A stretch of 63,031 bases of DNA, counting the filler, from Octopus bimaculoides (taxonomy: Eukaryota): the NCBI RefSeq assembly GCF_001194135.2. It is 6 parts of 6 records of this genome, joined end to end, with 100 filler letters (N's around TTAATTAATTAA, not from the genome) between each part and the next. Parts side by side here need not be neighbours in the genome. Positions count along the whole stretch, not along the records: positions 1 to 15,224 come from NC_068983.1; 5 more parts are not named here. One strand, written 5' to 3'. This document shows positions 1-11,490 of this stretch, one piece after another (positions within the stretch are counted from its first letter, which is position 1; the number at the start of each line of letters is the position of its first letter). The translations under genes and the position numbers were made by a program. Under the pieces are notes generated by a model. That model ran no database searches and was not told where the DNA came from. It worked only from the letters and a program-made list of their open reading frames with translations.

Positions 1-15
1 ATTATTATTATTATT

Positions 16-230
16 AAGGCGGTGAGCCTGCAGAATCGTTAGCACGCTGGACGAAATGATTTGTGGTATTTCGTCTGTCTTTATGTTCTGAGATGAAATT
101 CCGCCGAGGTCGACTTTGCCTTTCATCCTTTCGGGGTCGATAAATTAAGTACCAGTTACGTACTGGGGTCGATGTAATCGACTAGACCCCTGCCTCGCAA
201 TTTCAGGCCTTGTGTCTATAGTATAAAAGT
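16..230 (+). mobile_element. tRNA-derived SINE, family A (GGCGG(C/T)GAGCTGGCAGAA head)
   Basis: A-box-like head, B-box-like GAGATGAAATTCC (GAGTTCAAATTCC in other copies) and body GTCGACTTTGCCTTTCATCCTTTCGGGGTCGATAAATTAAGTACCAG. More than 12 homologous copies in the window. Confidence 0.9.
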
Positions 231-231
231 T

Positions 232-248
232 TATCATTATTATTATTA

Positions 249-305
<57 letters not shown>

Positions 306-393
306 CTTCGTAACACAGTGTAGGTAAAATTGCACCGAAGTCTTTAGTCAACTGTCAAGTCACAACAAGGACCTCATACAGATAATACTTTCC

Positions 394-479
<86 letters not shown>

Positions 480-490
480 ATTATTATTAT
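232..490. repeat. Compound (ATT)n and (ATT)n-(GTT)n-(ATT)n microsatellites
   Basis: Directly visible at 232-303 and 393-490; source of the poly-I and poly-N ORFs. Confidence 0.95.
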
Positions 491-492
491 GA

Positions 493-572
493 AGACAGCG
501 AGCTGGCCGAATCGTTAGCACACTGAGCAAAATGCTTAGCGGCATTTCGTTCGTCTTTACGTTCAAATTCAA
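493..572 (+). mobile_element. SINE family A, 3'-truncated head
   Basis: GCGAGCTGGCCGAATCGTTAGCAC...GTTCAAATTC matches the family A head. Confidence 0.8.
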
Positions 573-1490
573 GCGGGCAGACAGATAGATAGATAGATAG
601 ATAACGAGAGAGAGGGAGGGAGAGAGATAGATTGTAAAACATCCAACAACGTTACTATTGTGCTCCAAATCAACCGTAACTGAAAAGATTTATAATAAAA
701 AGACCACCCAGCTACGACCATCTCACCGTCTTAGAAGTATCAAGATTTAAATTACTCAATATATTCCTCCTTGTTTAGGAAAGTGGGGTCTGATGTGAGG
801 GAAGATTTGGTTGCTATTTCTAACAGGTCAGGCTACCACGTAAAGAAACTGAGAGTAGACTCACAAAATTTAAAGACCTGTTATTGCTGCGGTTATTGTT
901 TGTTTTTGCTTTTGATAGTTGCAACTGCTGCTATCAATGGTTTCGCTGATTCTTCTTTGAAATAGCTCTTCTACTTGTTGGCCACTCAAGAGCTGCTGAC
1001 AACCATAATTCGGTGAAGTGGGTTAGCAGGCCAATACCAAAAGCGAATGACAGAATCAACAACATCAATAACAACAGCCGCATATATTCAACGACAGCAT
1101 GAAAAACAACAACAACAACAGTACTGATGATGATGAAAAAATTGACATTGAGGAAATTTGGTAATTGTACAATTGAGTAGGTGGAAAGAAGAGACATTTG
1201 CGGAGAGAATATTATAAACACCTAATTATATATATATANNNNNNNNNNNNNNNNNNNNNNNNNNNNNNNNNNNNNNNNNNNNNNNNNNNNNNNNNNNNNN
1301 NNNNNNNNNNNNNNNNNNNNNNNNNNNNNNNNNNNNNNNNNNNNNNNNNNNNNNNNNNNNNNNNNNNNNNNNNNNNNNNNNNNNNNNNNNNNNNNNNNNN
1401 NNNNNNNNNNNNNNNNNNNNNNNNNNNNNNNNNNNNNNNNNNNNNNNNNNNNNNNNNNNNNNNNNNNNNNNNNNNNNNNNNNNNNNNNNN

Positions 1491-1830
1491 AGTCCCACTG
1501 CGTGGAACCTTGGGCAAGTGTCTTCTACTATAGCCTCAGGCCGACCCCCAAGACCTTGTGAGTGGATTTGGTAGACGGAAACTGAAAGAAGCCCGTCGTA
1601 TATATGTATGTATGTATGTGTGTTTGTGTGTGTGTTTGTCCCCCCCCCCCACCATCGCTTGACAACCGATGCTGGTGTGTTTACGTCCCCGTAACTTAGC
1701 GGTTCGGCAAAAAGAGACCGATAGAATAAGTACTAGGCTTACAAAGAATAAGTCCTGGGGTCGATTTGCTCGAATAAAAGCGGTGCTCCAGCATGACCAC
1801 AGTCAAATGACTGAAACAAGTAAAAAGGAG
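1491..1830 (+). mobile_element. tRNA-derived CORE-type SINE, family B (OR2-like)
   Basis: CORE-like ACCTTGGGCAAGTG, internal (TA)/(TG) microsatellite and 3' end ...TGACTGAAACAAGTAAAA; 5' end lost in the N gap. The OR2 name is from memory. Confidence 0.88.
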
Positions 1831-2054
1831 CATATATATATATATAACCAGCTCTATATCTGTCTAATTACCTTAGTATGTCTCTATATACATCTATGTA
1901 TTTGCCTATTTAATTATATATAATGAAAACTCTCAGCTTTATTTTGCTGGGTATGATGGAAAGTGTCAGCTGCTCACAGCCAGTTTAGATAACACTTGTT
2001 TACTGATCATACCTATTTACATTCAGAATTTCGTTTTTATCTTACAACTACTAA

Positions 2055-2272
2055 TTTTCTTTTCTACTCTAGGCTCAAGGCCCGAAATTTTGGGGGAGGA
2101 AGCCAGTCGATTAGATCGACCCTAGTACGCAGCTAGTACTTAATTTATCGACCCCGAACGCATAAAAGGCAAAGTCGACCTCGGCGGAATTTGAACTCAG
2201 AACGTAAAGACAGACGAAATACCGCAAAGCATTTCGCCCGGCGTGCTAACGTTTCTGCCAGCTCACCGCCTT
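2055..2272 (-). mobile_element. SINE family A, full length
   Basis: Reverse complement of the family A head, body and tail. Confidence 0.9.
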
Positions 2273-3349
2273 ATTACAACTAATTGCATGGCTCTTCAGG
2301 TAACGTGGGATATGATCTTTATTTTACATTCATATATCAATCCTTATAAAACAACGACTGCAATATGCCAATATGCTGAGAATATAATCGTCAATTACCA
2401 ATGTAAATTTTTTGTGGTGATTGACGATTTAAAGTCTATTCTCGGTATATTGGCATAGAAATCTTTTTTCTTTTGACCTTGTTTAAAATTGTTTATAATT
2501 TTCACCTTTAAAGGTATTTTAATATGCTGGCCACTTTGATGGAATTTTGGGGAAAAAATTTTTTTATCCTATATTAGAAGTGTATATATATTGGGTTGTT
2601 CAGAAATCAATTGTGTACGTTCATCGAATGTTTTGGCTTAGTGTTTCATGATTGATAGCCTTTCTAGCATAGAAAATTACCGAAAGTATTTGATTATGAA
2701 GTGCTGTAAAGGTGAAATAAAAAACTTTGTCACATGACTTGAGTCATATTGGGGCAAAAATATTAAATGGAGTAGAAGACAGAATGTTGTTAATAAAAAA
2801 CGTATAGTAGACTACAAATTAGCATTGAATTGCTTTTAAATCGCATGTGTGTGTTTGTATGTGTGTATATGTGCACTTGAGTGAGTGGGTAGTTTTTGAT
2901 ATATTTATACACATATATTTAATAGGCTGTCTTCTTCAAACATCTTCCTCGCTATCATCATTATCAGCCACCATCCCATTGCCATGACGACCATGACGGC
3001 CCTACCACCACTGCTACTATTATTGAAGTGCCTATTTATTAAATTATATTGCAAGTGATAAAGCTCTCGTGTGCTTCTAACGGATTTCACTCTGTTGCAA
3101 GCATTCAAAGCTGCAAATCACAAGATAAATCGATATCTTGATGCAGTTGTTTCCTATCATATTGACAAAATTAATTGTGATTTCTTTCCTTTTCTCATCG
3201 TCAGTCTCGGATGACCTACAAAAGGTCATGAGTGTTGTTTTTCTTCCTCTTTCTAATCAACAAAAATGATACTTTTGCTCCCAACGTAATTTTCGAACGG
3301 ATTCAATTTGATATCGTGACAAAGTGAAGCTTTTTCGAATTGCAGCTAC

Positions 3350-3485
3350 AGTCCATCCAATGGGCTTCCACACAGTTTCCATTCGCAAAACAACTTAGGT
3401 CGATCTGAAGCAAAATAGAAGACATTTGCTAGAAGGCAGTACGCAGTGGGACCGAACTCCGAACGTGATCATTGAGAAGAGAACC
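3350..3485 (-). mobile_element. Degenerate SINE family B 5' half
   Basis: AGAAGACATTTGCTAGAAGG...CGCAGTGGGACCGAACTCCGAAC resembles the reverse complement of the family B head. Confidence 0.6.
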
Positions 3486-4071
3486 TCTTAACTTCTCAGT
3501 CTTGCACTTCAAGACCTGATCAGTTGTTGACCCTCTACAAAGTGCAAGTAAAAAACTGCATTCGAGTACTACAAACGTACGAGCCAATGAATGAGCCCCT
3601 ATGTTGTCACGTGATCTAGAAATAGCATTCACATTCTTTCAAATACCACCATACCATTTTATAAAAGATTACGTTTCGATTGTGTGATCTTGGGTTCCTT
3701 GCACATTACAAAAAGACGGGATGGTCATAACTGGAGTCTTTTTGTTTATAAGTCTGCTAGATCAGAGCTGACTTGGAACTAAAACAAAAACTTCCTAATA
3801 CAACAATTAACGCGCATAGAACGGTGGTTCTAATACCACACATGCGCGCACACGCATGAACATCCTTGACCATGTCTCGGTTAATCTCTATTATGTTTAT
3901 AGGCAAATATTCACTCACCAATACACTATGAATACTGGTTCACAGATATCCTGTTTCATATCTTTGATGCTTTACTACAATAAAGTAGCAAACTGTGTAC
4001 CTCTCTATGCATACACCATGCTCGACATACCAAACTTTCCTTATTCAGCACGTTAATATCTATGTGGTCTT

Positions 4072-4377
4072 AAGGCGGCGAGCTGGCAGAAACGTTAGCA
4101 CGCCGAGCGAAACGCTTTGCGGTATTTCGTCTGTCTTTTCGTTCTGAGTTCAAATTCCGCCGAGGCCGACTTTGCCCTTCATCCTTTCAGGGTCGATAAA
4201 TTAAGTATCATTTACGCACTGGGGTCGATCTAATCGACTTAATCCCTTTGTCTGTCCTTGTTTGTCCCCTAGCACGCCGGGCGAAATGCTTAGCGATATT
4301 TCGTCTGTCTTTATGTTCTGAGTTCAAATTCCACCGAGGTCGACTTTGGCTTTCATGCTTTCGAGGTCGATAAATTA
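4072..4377 (+). mobile_element. SINE family A, dimeric (head-body-tail followed by a second body)
   Basis: Two tandem body copies at 4072-4270 and 4271-4377; runs into the gap. Confidence 0.88.
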
Positions 4378-5469
4378 NNNNNNNNNNNNNNNNNNNNNNN
4401 NNNNNNNNNNNNNNNNNNNNNNNNNNNNNNNNNNNCTTATGCCTACAGTAGAAAAGAATATCTATGTTGTATTTTTTAATGGGTTTAAATGCAACGGTAG
4501 AACAATGGAGCTTCAATGCGATTCGTGTTTCTTCCTATTCTCTCTTTAAGATGGTTTCTGCTGTCAATTCCAGGCACCTTTTATGCTTTTTCTTTTCTGG
4601 AGAATTTCATAGATGGCAGGATGACTTAGCACTGGAATTCTTTCTCCTGGTTCCATATTCTTGTCGCCACAACACCTCCAACCCTTAATTAATATTTTCC
4701 ACACACACAATCGTTAAACCTGAGGGTGAGTGACGTTTACGATTTGACCTACGAACTTCAGGACCAGCCAGTGCTACAGATGTACTGGGATAAGCAACAG
4801 TAATTGATACCTCATGCGATTAAGGAATTTTATCTGTATGTGTGTTATAAGCTAAAGATTCTCGAATCGTAACTCTGATTTCACATCGTGTTTGTCTCAA
4901 TAATCGGTGTTGCGCATCAAGAAACTAAAACTTATAACTACAATCGCTATGTCATATTTTTTATACAAAACGGTAGTATGAGTTTAGGATAGATTTGGTT
5001 TTTATTGTCAATACTATTCTGTTTGGTTATTTACTATGATCTACCACAAATAGTTCTGAGCAATATAAACAAACAACAGTTATGTTTATCGCCTATCTTC
5101 TCTTCAAATGATAGTATTTAGATAACACGCCCATTACATTCACAACACACCAAATATCGGACTTAATTACGTCCTTTATCATGTACCAGACCAGGGGGGG
5201 GGGAAAGAAGCATTCAAAATCTACTTAAAAGTTATCACAGTTGAATACCTGACGTGTGTGTGTGTGAAGAGAGAAAGAGAGCCTAGTCAGAAGTTAAGGG
5301 AAGTATCTACGACATTTTTCGGGGTCTCCGTACTGATGGGAAAGAGAAAGAGAAGAAGAAAATAATTCTCAAATTGAAGGCCTAACTCGAATGCTGCTAC
5401 ATCCCCTTCAGCAGGACCGGGTGAGGGTGTTAAACCAAGCGCCGGATTATATCTGCTAACTATATAGGC

Positions 5470-5670
5470 CGTGATGGAGTTTGAAGCCTAGAACCTGGGC
5501 TGGTTTTGTGAGTCCGCAGATGGCTAGTGAGGCCAATCTGTCACCCGAAAGAGTCTTTGACAGTGTGGACAGGGAATGGTAGCGCCTGCTACAGGGTCGT
5601 TAGCTCTGTTCTTCCTGGCTTGTCTGCGGTCTTCTGCAGCAGCGATCCTATTGGTCTCGCATGTGTGTAC
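5470..5670 (-). mobile_element. RTE-clade LINE 3' fragment with C-terminal C2H2 finger
   Basis: Minus-strand translation RIAAAEDRRQARKNRANDPVAGATIPCPHCQRLFR/(frameshift)QIGLTSHLRTHK, typical of an RTE ORF2 C-terminus. Confidence 0.8.
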
Positions 5671-6221
5671 ATTTATGTACGCACGTACACAAAGTGTTGG
5701 ACGACAGGAAAAAGGGTGAGGATGAACTAGAAGTTACAGATTCTATAGTAAGGATTCTATAGTATAGATTTTATAGTATGGAACCATGTCAATGACACAT
5801 CAACAATCAACACAAGTCAGTTGGTACTAACGGAGGAGGATACGGCCATAGTTAAACACTGGAGTTAGATGGAACAAGAGGGGTGAAGGTAGTACAGAGA
5901 TAGGTATGTGATGGAGAAAAATAAATGAGAGTGGGATTATAGAAGAATAGTTAATGCGGTAGAATGAAGGGGCTTATATATTTGATGCGAAGTACAAACT
6001 TCAAAGGAGTATAAAACAAACGAAACATCTAGGCCATATACGCACGAACGCGCCAATACACAGATGCGTGTGTGTGCGTATGCGCGCCCGCGAGTGTGTG
6101 TGATTAACTGGTGTTATTTTACTTTGCACAGCGTGAACTTACTATTCCAAGTTATGACTGACATCTACCATCCATATTTCAAATAGTAGTTTGTGTATTT
6201 GTTTATATGTATATGTGTATA

Positions 6222-6595
6222 GTGGAGGCGCAATGGCCCAGTGGTTAAGGCAGCGGACTCGTGGTCATAGGATCGCGGTTTCGATTCCCAGACCGGGCGT
6301 TGTGAGTGTTTATTGAGCGAAAACACCTAAAGCTCCACGAGGGGATGGTGGCGAACCCTGATGTACTCTTTCACCACAACCTTTTCTCACTCTTACTTCC
6401 TGTTTCTGTTGTGCCTGTAATTCAAAGAGTCAGCCTTGTCATACTGTGTCACGGTGAATATCCCCGAGAACTACGTTAAGGGTACTCGTGTCTGTGGAGT
6501 GCTCAGCCACTTGCATGTTAATTTCACGAGCAGGCTGTTCCGTTGATCGGTTCAACTGGAACCCTCGATGTCGTAAGCGACGGAGTGCCAACAAC
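6222..6595 (+). mobile_element. tRNA-derived SINE, family C (OR1-like), full length
   Basis: A box TGGCCCAGTGG, B box GGTTTCGATTCC and (CAA)n tail; a close copy lies at 32761. Confidence 0.9.
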
Positions 6596-6679
6596 ATATG
6601 TGTATATCAGTGTGCATGGAAGCATGTATGTGCTTGTATTTTTCTCTCTGCGTGTGTGTATCTGTGTGTAGGCGCAGGT

Positions 6680-6996
6680 GTGGCTTTGTAGTTAAGATCG
6701 CTTCTGTGCCACCACATTGGGCAGCCGTCTTCTTCTATAGCTTCGGACTATAGTAGAAGACATCTTGTGTGAATCCAATATTATGTGTATATGTCTTTGT
6801 GTTTGTCCACCCATCACTTGATAACGGCTGTTTTGTTGACGTCCCTGTAACTCAGCGGTTCGGCAAAAAACCTAAAAGCGCGTTAAAAATAAGTATCAGA
6901 CTAAACAAATTACGGTTGTCAATTTGTTCGACTAACCCTGTAAGGTGATGTTCCGCAGTCCAATGATTGAAGCAAGTAAAAAAGTGTGTGTGTGTG

Positions 6997-7072
<76 letters not shown>

Positions 7073-7682
7073 NNNNNNNNNNNNNNNNNNNNNNNNNNNN
7101 NNNNNNNNNNNNNNNNNNNNNNNNNNNNNNNNNNNNNNNNNNNNNNNNNNNNNNNNNNNNNNNNNNNNNNNNNNNNNNNNNNNNNNNNNNNNNNNNNNNN
7201 NNNNNNNNNNNNNNNNNNNNNNNNNNNNNNNNNNNNNNNNNNNNNNNNNNNNNNNNNNNNNNNNNNNNNNNNNNNNNNNNNNNNNNNNNNNNNNNNNNNN
7301 NNNNNNNNNNNNNNNNNNNNNNNNNNNNNNNNNNNNNNNNNNNNNNNNNNNNNNNNNNNNNNNNNNNNNNNNNNNNNNNNNNNNNNNNNNNNNNNNNNNN
7401 NNNNNNNNNNNNNNNNNNNNNNNNNNNNNNNNNNNNNNNNNNNNNNNNNNNNNNNNNNNNNNNNNNNNNNNNNNNNNNNNNNNNNGTGTTTGTCTCCCCA
7501 ACATCGCTTGACAACCGATTCTGGTGTGTTTACGTCCCCGTAACTTAGCGGTTCGGCAAAAGAGACGATAGAATAAGTACTAGGCTTACAAAGAATAAGT
7601 CCTGGGGTCGATTTGCTCGACTAAAGGTGGTGCTCCAGCATGGCCACAGTCAAATGACTGAAACAAGTAAAAGAGTAAAAGA
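6680..7682 (+). mobile_element. SINE family B sequence: degenerate copy 6680-6985 and a 3' half 7486-7682, separated by (TG)/(TA)/(CA) repeats and an N gap
   Basis: Family B head at 6680; family B 3' segments at 6790-6985 and 7486-7682. Confidence 0.75.
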
Positions 7683-7690
7683 GTATATAT

Positions 7691-7855
7691 ACGACAGGCT
7701 TCTTTCAGTTTCCGTCTACCAAATCCACTCACAAGGCTTTGGTCGGCCTGTGGCTATAGTAGAAGACACTTGCCCAAGGTTCCACGCAGTGGGACTGAAC
7801 CCGGAACCATGTGGTTCGTAAGCAAGCTACTTACCACACAGCCACTCCTACGCCT
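7691..7855 (-). mobile_element. SINE family B 5' half
   Basis: Reverse complement of the head and CORE segment. Confidence 0.88.
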
Positions 7856-7959
7856 ATATGTGAGTGATTTTATGTAAATGAATTTATACATTTTACTAAT
7901 TATATCAGTTACTTTTTCGTGAACGAACATAACTTTCTGATGCAAATGTTTCATAATGA

Positions 7960-8176
7960 GATAATGGCTTCCAATTTTGGCACAGCACCAGCAATTTCGG
8001 AGGAGGAGTAAGTCGATCACGTAGACCCCTGTACTCAACTGGTACTTATTTCATCGATCCAGAAAGGATGAAAGCAAAGTCGACCTCGGTGAAATTTGAA
8101 CTCACAACGTAAAGACGGGTGAAATGTTGCTTAGCACTTTCTCTGGTGTACTGATGATTCTGCCAGCTCACCGACC
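7960..8176 (-). mobile_element. SINE family A
   Basis: Reverse complement of the family A consensus. Confidence 0.85.
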
Positions 8177-8213
8177 TTTCAAACTGAAATATTGATATCT
8201 GTAATTATTCACA

Positions 8214-8670
8214 TTATTTACATTTGACGGATATTTGTCCTCATCTTGTTTGTTGAAGTTAAAATAATAGACAGAGAACACCACTGGGAAATATGAAAAC
8301 TAAAAGAAGCAGCATATATGCTAGGACATAATAACCTCCTAAGCAGACCGAGTGCAGATATGAATAGCATATGGGAACCGGTATTAAGGAAAGATAGGAA
8401 AATATTAGATTTATAAGCCCTAAAATTCACTCCATAATTGCCTACGGGCATACGGCGTAGTAGTTAAGAGCGCGGGTTAATAACCCCAAGATTCCGGGTT
8501 CGATTTCAGGCTGTAATCTGAATAATAATAATATCGAAAAATACTTTAGGAATGAGAACCCAGGTTTGAAATTTCCCCAAGACACCTGATGAAGGCTGGA
8601 GGGAATATCAGCCGAAATGTTGTGTTAACAATAAACAAGATGTACATAATTCCTCGTTTTTATATATAGA
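8214..8670 (+). mobile_element. Penelope-like element 3' end with an inverted terminal fragment
   Basis: 8255-8416 translates as EVKIIDREHHWEI*KLKEAAYMLGHNNLLSRPSADMNSIWEPVLRKDRKILDL*, resembling the C-terminus of a PLE GIY-YIG region. It is followed by a terminal repeat containing an HHR. 8214-8255 matches the repeat end (AACAAACAAGATG) in inverted orientation. Confidence 0.7.
8581..8626 (+). ncRNA. Minimal type I hammerhead ribozyme motif
   Basis: Stem I GACAC/GTGTT, core CTGATGA(A), stem II GGCTG/CAGCC, GAAA, then TGT-T (ATGT in place of the palindromic ACGT stem III). Confidence 0.7.
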
Positions 8671-9899
8671 ACTGTAATATTTTACATTTCGGTAAGATTT
8701 CTGTTACCTGGTCGTTGGTTCTTCCTTAGAAATGGTACAGAAATTTGACTCAGAAGTCGACTGAAACTTCTTTTGATATTTTTATGATCTGCGTTAGCTG
8801 CTCTTGATTTTTTTGTCTAGAATAATTTAATCTTGTTAATCAACGTGTTATTTACCGGATTAATTCAATTTCTCTGCTTGATTACTGCTCCAGTTTCGTC
8901 TAAACAGTTTAGAGGAAACTAGAGCAGTAATCGGAATAAGATAACAGGTCTCTTTTTTCATTTCTGTTTTGTTTTTTTTTTAACCAGTTCTGTAACCATG
9001 GCAAACGTTTTGGGAATATTATTCATTACAAGATAGGATTAACAGCCTCCTACGCTACGTTTACTAACTTTGACTTTACGTATACATGAAACCGGAAGTA
9101 ATGAAAATGAATACTAGAAGCATCCACAATAGCACGCATGCTTTTACTATCTTTCCACTTGATGAATAAAAGCATTTAGTTTTATCCATCATCCTTTAAT
9201 TCTTAAGAAGGTTTAACAATTTTTTATTATCCCAGATTTCGTGATCATTTCTAATATGTGACTTAAGGAGATGCATTGTCTATCCAAGAACCAAAGTTCA
9301 ACCATATTTTACTCCAAGCTGGTTGATACGTATCCTGTTACTCCAATAAAATATGTTTGTAGTTGTGGTTGGAGCTAAAATGTCCTACCTGTCTGATATT
9401 GGATTTTTAATGGTGGCCGCATTAATATGATGAAGAAAAGTATGCTACCGTCTGAGATATTCCGTCCTGACATCAACGTCGCTTATCACGACCAGAGGGC
9501 GCTCTGGTGCCGAATGATGACGAAATTATAATAATCTCCAGTCGACAGCTAATGACTGCTAATGAAAGGAACGTCCTACAGTGCAAGCTCTATGTAAAAT
9601 AAATAATATATAGACATAAACCATCTGACGGTCGTTAGTGGAACTACATGAATACATTTTAAGTGATGACTCAGCAAAGTTTCGAGAAGAGTACGGAAAC
9701 TACGTTTTAATGAAAGCAACTGAAGTAATCTTATAGGCAAATGGATTTGCGTTAGTCTCTCAGTCTTTAAGATTAAAAAATGTCAGTTTGCGTTTAGCCA
9801 AGCTTGTACGACTTAATTTTTCGGTGTTCTTTGAGTATAAAATTCCATTTTCACTTTGGGGTTATTTCAAAATATAGTTGAACAACACAAATCATTTTT

Positions 9900-10400
9900 A
9901 ACTGACACCCAAAATATCCCCTACAACAAACAAGGTAGCTTTCAGTACCCTCCACTGCTGCCTGGTACCTTTGATTCAACGATCACCAAAACCTTGAGGT
10001 TAGGCATAACATGAGAGACGAAAAGAGAGAAAGCTGAGTAGGTCAGGAGTGTAAATGGAGGTGACATGAAATAAACCGACTCCATGAAACAAGCCATAGA
10101 AACAGTGATAGCATAGGAAGGGAGAGCACGCCTTTGGGCCAAAAACTTGAGTAGGTCTGTGAGGGAGTTTATATACTCAGTCGAGAGGCATTCCTCTGGA
10201 CGCAGTGTAAAACGTTTATTGCATGCTGCAGTGTCGCCGTCCCAGACACTGGAACGACATTCTATTGGCACGAGCTCATTGGGTTCTCTTCGTCTCGATA
10301 CATCAATATACGAGCGAATGAAGAGATGGTTACAAGCTGATAACACCTGTGATCATAGGTCGACTGGAACACAGGCCTAACCTGGGGTTAAACTACAACA
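9900..10400 (-). mobile_element. CR1/L2-like LINE 3' remnant
   Basis: ORF 9942-10346 contains SSVWDGDTA...INSLTDLLKFLAQRRA...MSPP, which aligns by eye to CR1-type ORF2 C-termini (SHIWDG...LAHRRAVSSL...MSPP). Confidence 0.5.
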
Positions 10401-10915
10401 TGAATACGGTTGTGGTCGTTGCTTATAAAGCTATCATTCCATTGACCAACAGACACCAATGTCCGGCATTTCTGATGACCTCATTTTTCATTACAACGCA
10501 CTTCTCTCTCTCTCTCATGCACTCCACACGAATAACAATTTGTCTGTCTCTTTCTCTATCCCTTTGTCTCCACATCGCTCTCTTTTTTTCCTCTCTCCCT
10601 CGCTCTTCGTTTCCCCTTACCCACCCCTCTCTCTCCCTCGCACACACACACACACACACTTTGCCACATTCATACTCGAGTATGCATTCATACTCGATCG
10701 TTACCCACACGTGATCACAATTTTGAATTGCTTTTTGTTGCTCTTGTTTCACACATCATTTAGTAGGCGTTAATCTCTTACCAACATATACCCTCACCCC
10801 CTTTCTCTCTTTCTCATTCACGCACATACAATACGCGCGCAAACGCACAGAATTTTCGTTGAACAAATTCCGCTCGCAAGGCATTAGTGAAGCAAAGACT
10901 AGAGTAGAAGAAAGC

Positions 10916-10947
<32 letters not shown>

Positions 10948-11382
10948 NNNNNNNNNNNNNNNNNNNNNNNNNNNNNNNNNNNNNNNNNNNNNNNNNNNNN
11001 NNNNNNNNNNNNNNNNNNNNNNNNNNNNNNNNNNNNNNNNNNNNNNNNNNNNNNNNNNNNNNNNNNNNNNNNNNNNNNNNNNNNNNNNNNNNNNNNNNNN
11101 NNNNNNNNNNNNNNNNNNNNNNNNNNNNNNNNNNNNNNNNNNNNNNNNNNNNNNNNNNNNNNNNNNNNNNNNNNNNNNNNNNNNNNNNNNNNNNNNNNNN
11201 NNNNNNNNNNNNNNNNNNNNNNNNNNNNNNNNNNNNNNNNNNNNNNNNNNNNNNNNNNNNNNNNNNNNNNNNNNNNNNNNNNNNNNNNNNNNNNNNNNNN
11301 NNNNNNNNNNNNNNNNNNNNNNNNNNNNNNTATATATATATATATATATATATATCTCACGTTATATATATATTTGCTGAAC

Positions 11383-11490
11383 CGCTGCGTTACGAGGACG
11401 TAAACACAGCAGCACCTGTTGTCAAGTGGTGTTGAAGAGCAAACTCAAACGAAAGACACAAACACACACAACACACACACATATTACAGG
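11383..11490 (-). mobile_element. Degenerate SINE family B fragment
   Basis: GCTGAACCGCTGCGTTACGAGGACGTAAACAC matches the reverse complement of the family B 3' half. Confidence 0.65.

Noticed and set aside
6222-6300. tRNA genes at SINE heads (6222, 8446, 32761 and family A/B heads)
   Set aside because: A/B boxes are present but run directly into SINE or PLE bodies, and no convincing cloverleaf was found.
8294-8296. In-frame TGA in the PLE ORF as selenocysteine recoding
   Set aside because: The position corresponds to the usual Arg of the R-K-x-K-E-A motif; CGA-to-TGA deamination is the simpler explanation.
9942-10346. 134-aa ORF as a host membrane protein exon
   Set aside because: Better explained as a decayed CR1/L2-like ORF2 C-terminus; the similarity continues across frames.
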